From NCBI GenBank assembly GCA_045600145.1, contig JAZRXI010000012.1, positions 14,581 to 78,580 on the forward strand: DNA of 64,000 nucleotides. Reading direction: 5' to 3'. A program made the translations under genes and the position numbers. The notes under the pieces were generated by a model that made no database searches, was not told the origin of the DNA, and worked only from the letters and a program-made list of their open reading frames with translations. The first letter of the stretch is position 1; the number at the start of each line of letters is the position of its first letter. Source of the DNA: Clostridia bacterium. Its GTDB lineage: Bacteria > Bacillota > Clostridia > Christensenellales > QALW01. Positions 54,348-63,503 of the stretch are shown here, piece after piece.

Positions 54348-54378
54348 TCGAATAATCAAAATGAAAGGATGATTTTTT

Positions 54379-55179
54379 ATGCGTTTTCAGGTAAACCAAG
54401 ATTATCATATTCACTCACATCTTTCTCTTTGTTCAGGCGATCCTGAGCAAACGACCACACGCATACTACGCTATGCGCGTGAAAACGGACTTCGTGAGAT
54501 AGTAGTTACCGACCATTTCTGGGACGATAACGTTCCCTGCCCGTGGGAATGGTATGCAAAACAGAATTTCGCGCATGTATCGGAATCACTTCCGTTGCCG
54601 GAAAAAGACGGCATACGCTTCCTTTTCGGCTGTGAATCAGAGGTTTGGGGAATGAGCATGACATTGGGCATCACAAAAGAAACCATCGACAAATTTGATT
54701 TTGTCATTATCCCGACCACGCATTTGCACGTTTGCGAGATAAAGACAGATACACCCGAATTTCGTGCTCAGATATGGTATGATCGCCTCCATAATGTTTT
54801 GGATCGTGACCTGCCGTTTCATAAAATCGGTATTGCGCACTTGACATGTCCGTTGGTTTCGAGTTATAATCCCTTCGAGGATCACATACGCGTATTCGAA
54901 TGTCTGACCGACGACCAATACCACGAGTGCTTTGAAAAAGCCGCAAAGAAAGGCGTAGGCATCGAGCTTAACCTACCGCCGCTTTCGCAGTACACGAAAA
55001 ACTCTCTTGAAACGATACTTCACCCATACAGTATTGCCAAGGAAGAGGGATGCCGTTTCTATTTCGGTTCCGACGCACATACTCCGGCAACATTCGACAC
55101 GTGTGTAAAACAGTTTAACGATTTAGTTGATCTGCTTAATTTAACCGAGGACGACCGCTTTGTAATCGGAGAAAAATAA
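54379..55179 (+). CDS. PHP-domain (histidinol-phosphatase-like) metal-dependent phosphoesterase
   Basis: DYHIHSHLSLCS...VVTDH...FGSDAHT follows the PHP His/Asp motif pattern. Confidence 0.6.
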   Translation: MRFQVNQDYHIHSHLSLCSGDPEQTTTRILRYARENGLREIVVTDHFWDDNVPCPWEWYAKQNFAHVSESLPLPEKDGIRFLFGCESEVWGMSMTLGITKETIDKFDFVIIPTTHLHVCEIKTDTPEFRAQIWYDRLHNVLDRDLPFHKIGIAHLTCPLVSSYNPFEDHIRVFECLTDDQYHECFEKAAKKGVGIELNLPPLSQYTKNSLETILHPYSIAKEEGCRFYFGSDAHTPATFDTCVKQFNDLVDLLNLTEDDRFVIGEK

Positions 55180-55191
55180 CGGAGAAATGCA

Positions 55192-56094
55192 ATGGCTGAA
55201 AATTCAATAGAAAAATATCTTCAAACTTACACATTTGAAACATCAAAGGGTGGCAAGGAAATTATTATCGGTCAGATTACCGATGTTCATATCGGCGTTG
55301 TAAACGACGAGGATATGCACAACTACGAAATTGCCGATACTTATTTTCATCGCAAATGGCTTCGCGACGGACAGTCCATTCCCGCTTTTGATTCCGCACT
55401 TGAATACTGTAAGGATTTTGACCTTACCGTTATCTCGGGCGATGTGCTTGACTACTATTCGACCGAAGCCAAACGGCTCGTAAAAGAGAGATTCGACAAG
55501 TACAATGTTATGGCTTGCGTCGGCGGTCACGACCTTACGCTTGAAATGGAAACTGCAAACGAAAACCTGCTTTCTCTTGACACTCGCTACAAGCTTTTAG
55601 AGAATTTTTGGTGCAATGATGTTCATTATGCATCCAAAGTACTCGGTAACAAAGTAAGGGTTGTCGTACTTGATAATAATAACGAATTATGGATGGAAAA
55701 GCGTGAGCGTTTTGATGAATCACAGTATGAAAGCCTATTAAAAACCGTTGAAGATGCCCGCAACCGCGGTATTATTATCCTGATGTTTATGCACGAGCCT
55801 CTCCCCACCGGCAGAGAAAATGACATTGTTACCGATATTTATAACAAACAAGAATATAGGTTAAAATGCGATATGAGCGGCAGATTTACAAAGAAAACAT
55901 ATGAGCTTATTGTCAACTCCGCCGATGTGATAAAAGGCATATTTATAGGTCATTTGCACATGGATTTTGTCGTTGATATTGAGGCAGGCTACGAAAAAGA
56001 CGGCAAATTCATCAAAGAGAATATCAAGCAATACTGCTTAACGTCAAACGCATACAGCCCGCAAGGCAGAGTAAACAAAATTATCGTTAAGTAA
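55192..56094 (+). CDS. Calcineurin-like metallophosphoesterase
   Basis: TDVHIG, SGDVLDY, GGHD, MHEP and GHLHMD motifs in order. Confidence 0.6.
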   Translation: MAENSIEKYLQTYTFETSKGGKEIIIGQITDVHIGVVNDEDMHNYEIADTYFHRKWLRDGQSIPAFDSALEYCKDFDLTVISGDVLDYYSTEAKRLVKERFDKYNVMACVGGHDLTLEMETANENLLSLDTRYKLLENFWCNDVHYASKVLGNKVRVVVLDNNNELWMEKRERFDESQYESLLKTVEDARNRGIIILMFMHEPLPTGRENDIVTDIYNKQEYRLKCDMSGRFTKKTYELIVNSADVIKGIFIGHLHMDFVVDIEAGYEKDGKFIKENIKQYCLTSNAYSPQGRVNKIIVK

Positions 56095-56162
56095 CCGTCT
56101 ATTCGTGGGGCTCCTCCACTCCCCTAAGTAAGCGTGGCACTGCCACATTAAATAAAAGAGAA

Positions 56163-56345
56163 TACAGTGTCTAAGCAAAAGTTTGCACAAGACACTGTAT
56201 TTATTTTAATGTCTTTTGCGGCGAAGCGCTTTCGCTGCAAAAGTGAACATTTCAAAATATCGGCGGAATCAAGGGGCACAGTCCATTGCAAAGTATGGGA
56301 TCGCGCCCCACAGAAAGAAATGCGAGGACTTTCGTCCCCGCATTC
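56163..56345. repeat. Bidirectional terminator hairpin plus a degenerate copy of the intergenic repeat
   Basis: TACAGTGTCT(56163..56172)/AGACACTGTA(56190..56199) + TTTATTTTA. Then gcggcgaagcgc, ggcggaatcaagggg, and gcgaggactttcgtccccgcattc (56322..56345). Confidence 0.55.
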
Positions 56346-56355
56346 ATGGATTTAA

Positions 56356-57393
56356 TTAGCCTACCATACCTGATCTTTCGATACTCTGAACGAAGAATCT
56401 TTGGCAGAAGCAGTAAAGAATTACGATAGGCGCAATGTGCATTACGGTACATGCCGATTGATACAACGAGCTTAGTACCACATCGCCCGTGACACCGAGC
56501 ACGGCATTGACGTACTTTCCGCCCATGCCAACCATTTGCGTCGCCATGACCTTTGCAGTCGGATTCAGTATCTGAATATATTGCGTATCGTTATACTGCC
56601 ATACGAACGCGAACAGGAACACCGTTACAAGCATCGGCAGAGCACTCGGAAGCATTACCTGCACAAATGTGCGGAAAGGTCCGGCGCCGTCAATATAAGC
56701 GGCTTCTTCAAGCTCCTTTGGCTGGTTGATAAAATACTGGCGCAACAGAAATACAAACAAGCCGTTGCGGTACATGGTTGCAGTAGCACTTAAAAGTCCT
56801 ATAGCCGTCCAACCACGCGTAAGGTCGATGTTAGGTATTCTGTAAAGCTGTTCGCCGAATGTGAACATGTACAAAGGATTGAACGTCTTGTATCTGAACA
56901 TCATCGACTTTGTAAGCATCTGCACCGGCACCATAAGAGTGAATATGCACATGAGGAAGAAGAAATTGTTACCCTTGAACTTGAATCTTGCAAGACCGTA
57001 CGCAACGAGCATGCACGAACACATCTGTATAAGTGCAAAGATGAGCGATGACGAGAACGAAGCAAGATACAGTGTGGGTATTTTTGCGAACTTCCACATG
57101 GCAACATAACTGCTGACGTTGAATGAACGCGGAATAAGAATTACCGTGGGGTCGTAAACGTCTGCCGATGTCATGAACGAGGTTATCAGCGTTATCAGCA
57201 TGGGATAAATTACGAGGTAGCATATACCGAGCAAAAGAATGAATCTGAGCAAGCCCCAAATTATATCAAATGTGCGTTTTCCGAAAAGTGCGCGTTTGAA
57301 TTTCTGCCACGGATTGAGCACGGGTATGACGAAGTTATCAACTTCTTCAGCGCCGACTTCATTGGTCAGCTTTACTTTTTCTGATTTTTCCAT
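56356..57393 (-). CDS. Carbohydrate ABC transporter permease (MalG/LplC-like)
   Basis: EAA loop EEAAYIDGAGPFRTFVQVMLP. Start at ATG 57393 after AAGGGGGGTG. Confidence 0.8.
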   Translation of the reverse strand: MEKSEKVKLTNEVGAEEVDNFVIPVLNPWQKFKRALFGKRTFDIIWGLLRFILLLGICYLVIYPMLITLITSFMTSADVYDPTVILIPRSFNVSSYVAMWKFAKIPTLYLASFSSSLIFALIQMCSCMLVAYGLARFKFKGNNFFFLMCIFTLMVPVQMLTKSMMFRYKTFNPLYMFTFGEQLYRIPNIDLTRGWTAIGLLSATATMYRNGLFVFLLRQYFINQPKELEEAAYIDGAGPFRTFVQVMLPSALPMLVTVFLFAFVWQYNDTQYIQILNPTAKVMATQMVGMGGKYVNAVLGVTGDVVLSSLYQSACTVMHIAPIVILYCFCQRFFVQSIERSGMVG

Positions 57394-57406
57394 ATCCGCA
57401 CCCCCC

Positions 57407-58300
57407 TTAGTTCTCGTAATAAACAAGCTTTGAAATGATTCCCGCGACAACGCTTATCACTATTGCCGTCATTAGGAAGTACATCCAGCTCATCGCCATT
57501 ATATCGACCTGATTAGCCGTGCCCTCTTGCTGGAAAAGATATCCCAGCATCGGATTGCTCCTTCCGCAAAGAACATCTATCATCGAATATACGGCATTAA
57601 CCAAAATCATCGGACTTATCATCGGAAATGTTATCTTCCAGAAGTTTTCCCAGCCGGTCGCGCCCTCTACCTTTGACGATTCGAATATTGAAGGCGAAAT
57701 CGTTTGCAATCCCGAAAGGAATATCAGTGTAGGAACGCCCGCGCCGTTGATTATCGACGTAAGCTTATCAAATGCTTTACCGATGAAATCACCGAACGTA
57801 CCACCTATGGAGCTTTGTATACTGCCCGCCAGGTTCATCGCCTGCGACCCAACGGAAGCCATTTGATCCGCATCGACAGTGCCTCCCGCGCCGAGCAGTG
57901 ATGCTGCAACACCCGCAGAAGTTATAACCGGCATGAAAAGTATCGCTCTGGCAAGCGTTCTGCCGTGAAAATTCTGATTAAGGATATTCGCCATAAGGAA
58001 GCTGAATATCAGTATCGAAGGAACCATTATCAGCAAATCACTGCCGGAAGAAAGCAGGTTGTTAATGAAGTTTGCCTGAGCCGTAAAAGCGTCAATGTAG
58101 GCTTGGAATCCATACGGCTGAATGCCTACAACGTTTGTAACATCATCAAATGTCTGAGTATTGAACGAAAGCACGAGCGCCGTATACAGCGGTGAAAGTA
58201 CGAAGAATATCAGACCGATGATAAAGGGAAGAATAAACAACCAACCCGATAATGAACGGCGTGTCATCAATCCCAATTTATAGGTTCTCGGTTTTTTCAT
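57407..58300 (-). CDS. Carbohydrate ABC transporter permease (MalF/LplB-like)
   Basis: 6 TM; SSKVEGATGWENFWKITFP is the EAA-type loop. Its ATG shares one nucleotide with the upstream stop (TAATG). Confidence 0.8.
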   Translation of the reverse strand: MKKPRTYKLGLMTRRSLSGWLFILPFIIGLIFFVLSPLYTALVLSFNTQTFDDVTNVVGIQPYGFQAYIDAFTAQANFINNLLSSGSDLLIMVPSILIFSFLMANILNQNFHGRTLARAILFMPVITSAGVAASLLGAGGTVDADQMASVGSQAMNLAGSIQSSIGGTFGDFIGKAFDKLTSIINGAGVPTLIFLSGLQTISPSIFESSKVEGATGWENFWKITFPMISPMILVNAVYSMIDVLCGRSNPMLGYLFQQEGTANQVDIMAMSWMYFLMTAIVISVVAGIISKLVYYEN

Positions 58301-61023
58301 TATTGAACTCCTCCCTTCGCAAACGAATTTGCCTTGACTACGGTACCGTCGGTAGCGGTATAATCATAATCATTGTAGTTGACATATACCGAAACACCGT
58401 TGCCGTAGGTGACTTTGCTTACATTCTCATCCACAATTTCATGGGATGTCATAAACTCGCCCGAAACAGATGCAAACAAATCGTTATATTCCTTATACAT
58501 TTCAACAGCGTTATCAAGCCACGAAATATAGCTAAGCGAATACATGCCGTCAAAGAGAAGATCCTTTACTTGGTCGTTTGCAACATAGCACCAACGATAA
58601 TACATTCCGGAGCCTGCCTCTACCGCCTGGAGGAATGCCGTCTGTGCGTCACCGTTCAGGTTGATCGGCTCACCGGAATACTGGATACAGCCGTGAATAA
58701 CCATTTGATAGAACGGAATCGAAAGGTCTGCAAGATTGAACATACTGCTCGTATTGCTTATTTCGAAAATGCTGTCGACATTTTTAAGCAGGTATCCGTT
58801 GCCGCCCTTGACCATAACTTCCATATTCTCACTGAACTTTTCGGCTATGGTGTTATATGTATCGGCGACATTCGATCTGTCATAGAAATCCTTTATCTTG
58901 TAGTTGCCGGGAAGATTCCAACCGAGACTGCCGAGGCTTACATGCTTGATGTTAAGCTCTGCAAGGTCGTTAAGCACCTTGATGGCATTACTCTTGCTGT
59001 TATCCTCTGCTTTGGTATTATAGATGACAGACGGTGAAACTATCGTTGCCGCACGCTCATCATCAATAAGGTTCCAATCGACCCAATACTGATTATGATA
59101 AGCTATATCTCTCGTTACAAGTCTCGATGCCTGTGTAAGCTGGCTGTAGCCGTCGAACATCTTTGATTTGTAAACAAGCGCAAGCTCGGTCTCAAAGTAA
59201 AGCTTTACGCCGAGGCTTTCAGCAAGCTCAAGCAGATCCGAAAGACCGTTCTTTCCGCCAAGTGCCTTAAGCACATCCACCTTACTGTAGCAGGTGTTCA
59301 TAAGACCGTTGTTCGCCCAACCTTTGTAGTTGATCGAAATATTCTTGATGCCCGCGTCGCTGAGCTTCTTAATAAGCTCACCGCACTGATCGAACGTTGT
59401 CAGCGCACGCATCTCGGTATAGCTTACGCCCAAGAACGCGGTATCGTGGTCATAAGCGCCGATAAGCTCGATGTTAAACGGAATATCCGTAAACTTCTGC
59501 TGTTTAAGCACTCCGGCATCTATCAAATAGTTGCGGTAGTATTCCGCCATGCCACTGTAATTTGCTTTATCATCATTAAGTATCGTATAAGCGATAGAAA
59601 GGTCTGCCGAATTCATCGTGTTCTGATAAATTCTTGATGTCTTTCCGGCATTTTTGAACTGAAGCTCCTCGTATTCCGCCATCTTGAAGCTTGTATAGCA
59701 CTTGTTGCGGTCTACGGCGTTCTTGTTCTTACCCGCGATATCGGATATTATTGTCGCGTTCTTATCGCCGCTCTCGATTATTGCAAACAGCGCGCTGGCG
59801 TCTTTTTTGATTCCGAATACAGGAAGATATGCGTTTTGATTCGCATAAGGCTTCGTAAGCTTTTCACGGCCATCATCAAGACCGTAGATCTGAACCCTCA
59901 AATCGTTCGGGATATTCGTTTTACCGTTGTTGAAGTTTACGATAGCACCCGAGCCGTCGGGAACGAACATATATCCGCTCTCTTCTTTTGAAGCCGAGCC
60001 GAAATACTGAAGCAGATTTATCGAAGCTATGGCAAATGTCGATTTATCATACTGTATCTCGTCATTGGGTATCGTTACGTTAAGTCCGTCTTCAGTAAGC
60101 TTGTAATCAACGGGAACCCAAAAGTTCTTGGCAGGATCGGATATAACACCGAACTCCTCATTTATTTTGTCGCGCTCATCGACGTCCATGCCGATAACCT
60201 CAACAAAGCCCTTCTGGAGCTGTGACATTACCTGCGCATTGTTCCACTTGTTTTTATCGCCGATGATATACACCGTCTTGCCGTCCTTGATGAACTCACC
60301 CATGTTGGGCGCTATTGCAAGCAGCTCATCCTGACGGTCAGAGGGATATGATGCCCATGTCTTGGGCGAAATCTTTGAGAAAATGCTTCCGCCGCTTATA
60401 TACTTGGAAACTGCAAGGAAGCCTTCCGCATTCTTGAGCTTATCGATATATTCGGTCGCTCTTTCCTCATCAAGGCATGTAGGAATAACGTAATCCGGCT
60501 TTACCTGACCAAGGATATAGATAACGCGGAGATGTCCGTCATGGTTTACGACATAATACTGATGCAAACCGCTTTCGTTATCTTCCTTTTCATTCATTAC
60601 GCAGTCCATGAAGCTTTCGAGCATTTTCTGACTGCCATCACTCTTGTTGAGATAGAACAGTGTCACCTGACTGCTCATTTCACTTCTTATGCCTGCTTCG
60701 CGTTCAGACGGTGTGGGGTTTGAATACCATATCTCACCGCTCTTTTTGTCCTTGAGTGCTATTTCAAGAATGGCACTGCTGAAATACAACTCGTAGTTTT
60801 CATTTTCCTCTACCAGCTTAAACTCTGTATTCTTTGATGTATCAGCATCCTCGCGGATAAAGGTCTTGGCTCCATCCTTGAAAGCGAACAGTGTTTCGGT
60901 GTTCGTGGGAGTAATGAAGCCCTCTCCCTCTTCGACTGTACAGCCCGTGGTGAACGCAATCACCGAAACGAGCATAACGGCAACAAGTAAAGCAGAAATA
61001 ATTTTGTTTTTCATTTTTTCCAC
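58300..61023 (-). CDS. Large (907 aa) lipoprotein with a central glycoside-hydrolase-like barrel segment (possibly the family annotated DUF5696)
   Basis: Lipoprotein signal ...VIAFTTGC. The central region (FNIELIGAYDHD...NISINYKGWANNG...KLYFETEL) looks TIM-barrel/GH-like. The family name is from memory only. Confidence 0.5.
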   Translation of the reverse strand: MEKMKNKIISALLVAVMLVSVIAFTTGCTVEEGEGFITPTNTETLFAFKDGAKTFIREDADTSKNTEFKLVEENENYELYFSSAILEIALKDKKSGEIWYSNPTPSEREAGIRSEMSSQVTLFYLNKSDGSQKMLESFMDCVMNEKEDNESGLHQYYVVNHDGHLRVIYILGQVKPDYVIPTCLDEERATEYIDKLKNAEGFLAVSKYISGGSIFSKISPKTWASYPSDRQDELLAIAPNMGEFIKDGKTVYIIGDKNKWNNAQVMSQLQKGFVEVIGMDVDERDKINEEFGVISDPAKNFWVPVDYKLTEDGLNVTIPNDEIQYDKSTFAIASINLLQYFGSASKEESGYMFVPDGSGAIVNFNNGKTNIPNDLRVQIYGLDDGREKLTKPYANQNAYLPVFGIKKDASALFAIIESGDKNATIISDIAGKNKNAVDRNKCYTSFKMAEYEELQFKNAGKTSRIYQNTMNSADLSIAYTILNDDKANYSGMAEYYRNYLIDAGVLKQQKFTDIPFNIELIGAYDHDTAFLGVSYTEMRALTTFDQCGELIKKLSDAGIKNISINYKGWANNGLMNTCYSKVDVLKALGGKNGLSDLLELAESLGVKLYFETELALVYKSKMFDGYSQLTQASRLVTRDIAYHNQYWVDWNLIDDERAATIVSPSVIYNTKAEDNSKSNAIKVLNDLAELNIKHVSLGSLGWNLPGNYKIKDFYDRSNVADTYNTIAEKFSENMEVMVKGGNGYLLKNVDSIFEISNTSSMFNLADLSIPFYQMVIHGCIQYSGEPINLNGDAQTAFLQAVEAGSGMYYRWCYVANDQVKDLLFDGMYSLSYISWLDNAVEMYKEYNDLFASVSGEFMTSHEIVDENVSKVTYGNGVSVYVNYNDYDYTATDGTVVKANSFAKGGVQ

Positions 61024-61029
61024 CCCCCG

Positions 61030-61671
61030 TTACCTTCTCAGCTCAAGCTCTCGGTATATCGTATAGCCGAAGTTCCATATTTCCTGTACAAGGAAGAAAA
61101 ACATCATGCCGAGGAATACGATAACCACCATGCCGAGCAGGATGACGATAAGCGTAAGGAACGTTTTTCCGCCGGAATACTGGTGCGTCGTCATCGTACC
61201 GGTATACAAGAGGATCGCCGTCCAACCTATGCCTATATAGGTCACAAGAGAAACTATCGTTGCTTCATTTGAAGTAAGGATATTCGTAAGCGGAAGAAGC
61301 AGTATCTGCGAAAGCACTAACGGGAGCATTGAATATCCGGTGTAAAGCAGGATATCCTTCATGCTTCCCTCACCGTCGAACAAAGTGGTAAGACCCCAAT
61401 TGGAGGCTATCCAGATGATAACGATAAGCGCTACCTTTACAAATGTACCTATGATGTTGATGCGTTCCGGGAAAACCTTATCCTCATTGAAGTAGTAGTT
61501 GTCAAACTGCTTATCAAGGATACTCGTGATGACGTAAAGCACAAGCATCAGTATGGCAATATAGGTTTTTCCTCTTTTTTCATGTTTAAGATCCCAAAAT
61601 CCGTCAAGCGGGTGTGTGGCGACATGAAACGTATACAAAAGGTCTTCGCCGAATGTTTTAAGCTTTTCCAT
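61030..61671 (-). CDS. YIP1-family membrane protein
   Basis: 213 aa with 5 TM. The N-terminus THPLDGFWDLKHEKRG is typical of bacterial Yip1-domain proteins. Confidence 0.6.
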   Translation of the reverse strand: MEKLKTFGEDLLYTFHVATHPLDGFWDLKHEKRGKTYIAILMLVLYVITSILDKQFDNYYFNEDKVFPERINIIGTFVKVALIVIIWIASNWGLTTLFDGEGSMKDILLYTGYSMLPLVLSQILLLPLTNILTSNEATIVSLVTYIGIGWTAILLYTGTMTTHQYSGGKTFLTLIVILLGMVVIVFLGMMFFFLVQEIWNFGYTIYRELELRR

Positions 61672-63488
61672 TATTCAGGTCTTCCTCCCGTCTTGATGAA
61701 TTTCTTGAACTTTTTGTACCAGCCGAACAAGATCGCGGCTACCGCGATAACTACGATTCCCGTCATCAGGTACGGCATTATTTCCTCAAGCACCTTATCT
61801 CTGTACTTATAGAATGCTTTTCCGTATTCCTGCTGTGAATAACCCTTCATGAAGTAATCCGCTGCATCGAGATAACCCTGACGCTGTTTATCGGAATCAA
61901 GCTCCTCGGCGGCATTCATGTAAAGTACCTTGCCGACACCGCGGTAAGCAAGCGATGAGTTGGATGACATTCCGAGTATCTTGTTCCACGATTCAACGGC
62001 ATCCTCATAGCGTCTTTCCTCATGGCTGTTGACGGCTTCTCTCAGGATAAGTCCGTATTCCGTCGGGATGTATGTCGTCATCTGCGCGCCATCGGAATCA
62101 AGTATCACTATTGTTTCATCATCAAGCAGAAGCTCTATGGCTGTCGGTGAAAGGCTCGTGCCCTTCGTGAAGCCTACCTGTTCTTCACGGGTATCGGTGT
62201 CAAGCTCCTCGCCGGTCGCCGTAAGACGCTGTCCGAGTGCGCCGAACACATAAAGCAGCTCGCCCGTGCTCGTGTAGGTAAACACTCTTCCCTTCTGAGA
62301 ATCGAGTATACTTGAAAGTCCGTTCTCCGAAACCGCAACGTCCACTATATATGAATACGTTGAACGGTTAGCTCCATCGCCTTCATCACCAGAGGGAGGT
62401 ATGATGCCCTGCCGTTGTAAAACATCCGAGCCTGCGGCGTTAAGCTTTCTGAGCGCCGCTCCGACCTCCGATTTACTTGTAAAGTGTGATTTAAGGTCCT
62501 CTACAGCGAGCTGTGAAACTGTACCGTATACAAAGCCTTCGGCATCAAGTGCAACGTTGCTGTACTCTGTGGAAAGGTTTTGCTGCAAAAGCTCCTTTGC
62601 CTTTGCTGTAAACAGACGGTTAAGCAGTGATGAAAGTGTCTGCTTCGTCTTTGTTGCACCAAAGAACTTTGTGAAGTTACCGTCCTTATCAAGCTCTACA
62701 AGTCCCTGATAGCAATCCTTCGAAACAACGAACATTCTCATTGAATGGTCAATAACTATTTTCAAAGGCTTGTAGGTTATATCCGAAACCGATGACGTGC
62801 CTGTGTTCTCGTCGGTATTTATTTCCTCATCGGCTCCTTCGGTGTTCTCCGTGTTTTCCGTATTCTCTGCTGTACCTGTATTTTCCGTCGTACCCGCTTC
62901 CTCATTTTCATCGGTCGCTTCTGCGGCGGGAGTTGCCTCCGGTTCTTCGCCCGTTGCGGCGTTGGGATCATAGGTCTTGGAGAAATACTGTGAGATATCT
63001 GGGTCGTCAAACGTTCTGTCAAAGCCAAACATCTCAGTTTCGGTATCGAACGTAAATCTTACTATACGTCTGTTACCGGTATCGCAGACATAGAGCATAT
63101 GTTCTTCATCATAGAAGTCAACACCGTTCGGTGACGAAAATCCGTCTGCTTCTCCGTTATTGTCCCAATTCTTTATTATCTGCTTTACAGTGCGCATGTC
63201 TTCTTCAAGAATAACTATGCGGTTATTGTCTGTATCGGATATCACTATGCAGCCGTTATAATCAAACTGCTTCATATCCTGCGGATTATTCAGCGGTGTT
63301 CCCTCAAGGTTCTCAACGCCGATCGTTCCGCTGTCGATCACCGTATCGGGAACATACGCCTGAGGCTCTGGATAGAAGCCCGACTCGGTTATCGTATAGT
63401 TTTGATACGGCGCGGCAAATGCCGTTACCGAAACCGTGAGCGTGACCAAAGCGGCAAGCGCAATATACGTAAATTTCTTAAATCTCAT
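61671..63488 (-). CDS. Secreted, C-terminally TM-anchored NHL-repeat protein with an acidic ENT-repeat linker and a TPR-like tail
   Basis: Signal peptide ...VTAFA/AP. NHL-like repeats (CIVISDTDNNRIVIL, LYVCDTGNRRIVRF). TENTGTAENTENTENTE. C-terminal TM segment GIVVIAVAAILFGWY. Confidence 0.5.
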   Translation of the reverse strand: MRFKKFTYIALAALVTLTVSVTAFAAPYQNYTITESGFYPEPQAYVPDTVIDSGTIGVENLEGTPLNNPQDMKQFDYNGCIVISDTDNNRIVILEEDMRTVKQIIKNWDNNGEADGFSSPNGVDFYDEEHMLYVCDTGNRRIVRFTFDTETEMFGFDRTFDDPDISQYFSKTYDPNAATGEEPEATPAAEATDENEEAGTTENTGTAENTENTENTEGADEEINTDENTGTSSVSDITYKPLKIVIDHSMRMFVVSKDCYQGLVELDKDGNFTKFFGATKTKQTLSSLLNRLFTAKAKELLQQNLSTEYSNVALDAEGFVYGTVSQLAVEDLKSHFTSKSEVGAALRKLNAAGSDVLQRQGIIPPSGDEGDGANRSTYSYIVDVAVSENGLSSILDSQKGRVFTYTSTGELLYVFGALGQRLTATGEELDTDTREEQVGFTKGTSLSPTAIELLLDDETIVILDSDGAQMTTYIPTEYGLILREAVNSHEERRYEDAVESWNKILGMSSNSSLAYRGVGKVLYMNAAEELDSDKQRQGYLDAADYFMKGYSQQEYGKAFYKYRDKVLEEIMPYLMTGIVVIAVAAILFGWYKKFKKFIKTGGRPE

Positions 63489-63503
63489 AAATACGCTCCC
63501 TCC

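Noticed and set aside
58252-59037. 261-aa plus-strand ORF. Similar long antisense ORFs lie at 40084..40815, 50573..51214, 43857..44558, 2915..3559, 5706..6350 and 7694..8395.
   Set aside because: All lie opposite genes with strong motif support (lipoprotein, rhamnosidase, FAD oxidoreductase, activase, mgtE, GH-like, cupin). They lack ribosome-binding sites and have shadow-frame composition.
62820-62900. Short tandem 9-nt repeats (GTGTTCTCC GTGTTTTCC GTATTCTCT), checked as a possible CRISPR or VNTR
   Set aside because: They lie inside the 605-aa ORF and encode the acidic ENT-repeat linker. There are no spacers and no repeat regularity, so this is not a CRISPR array.
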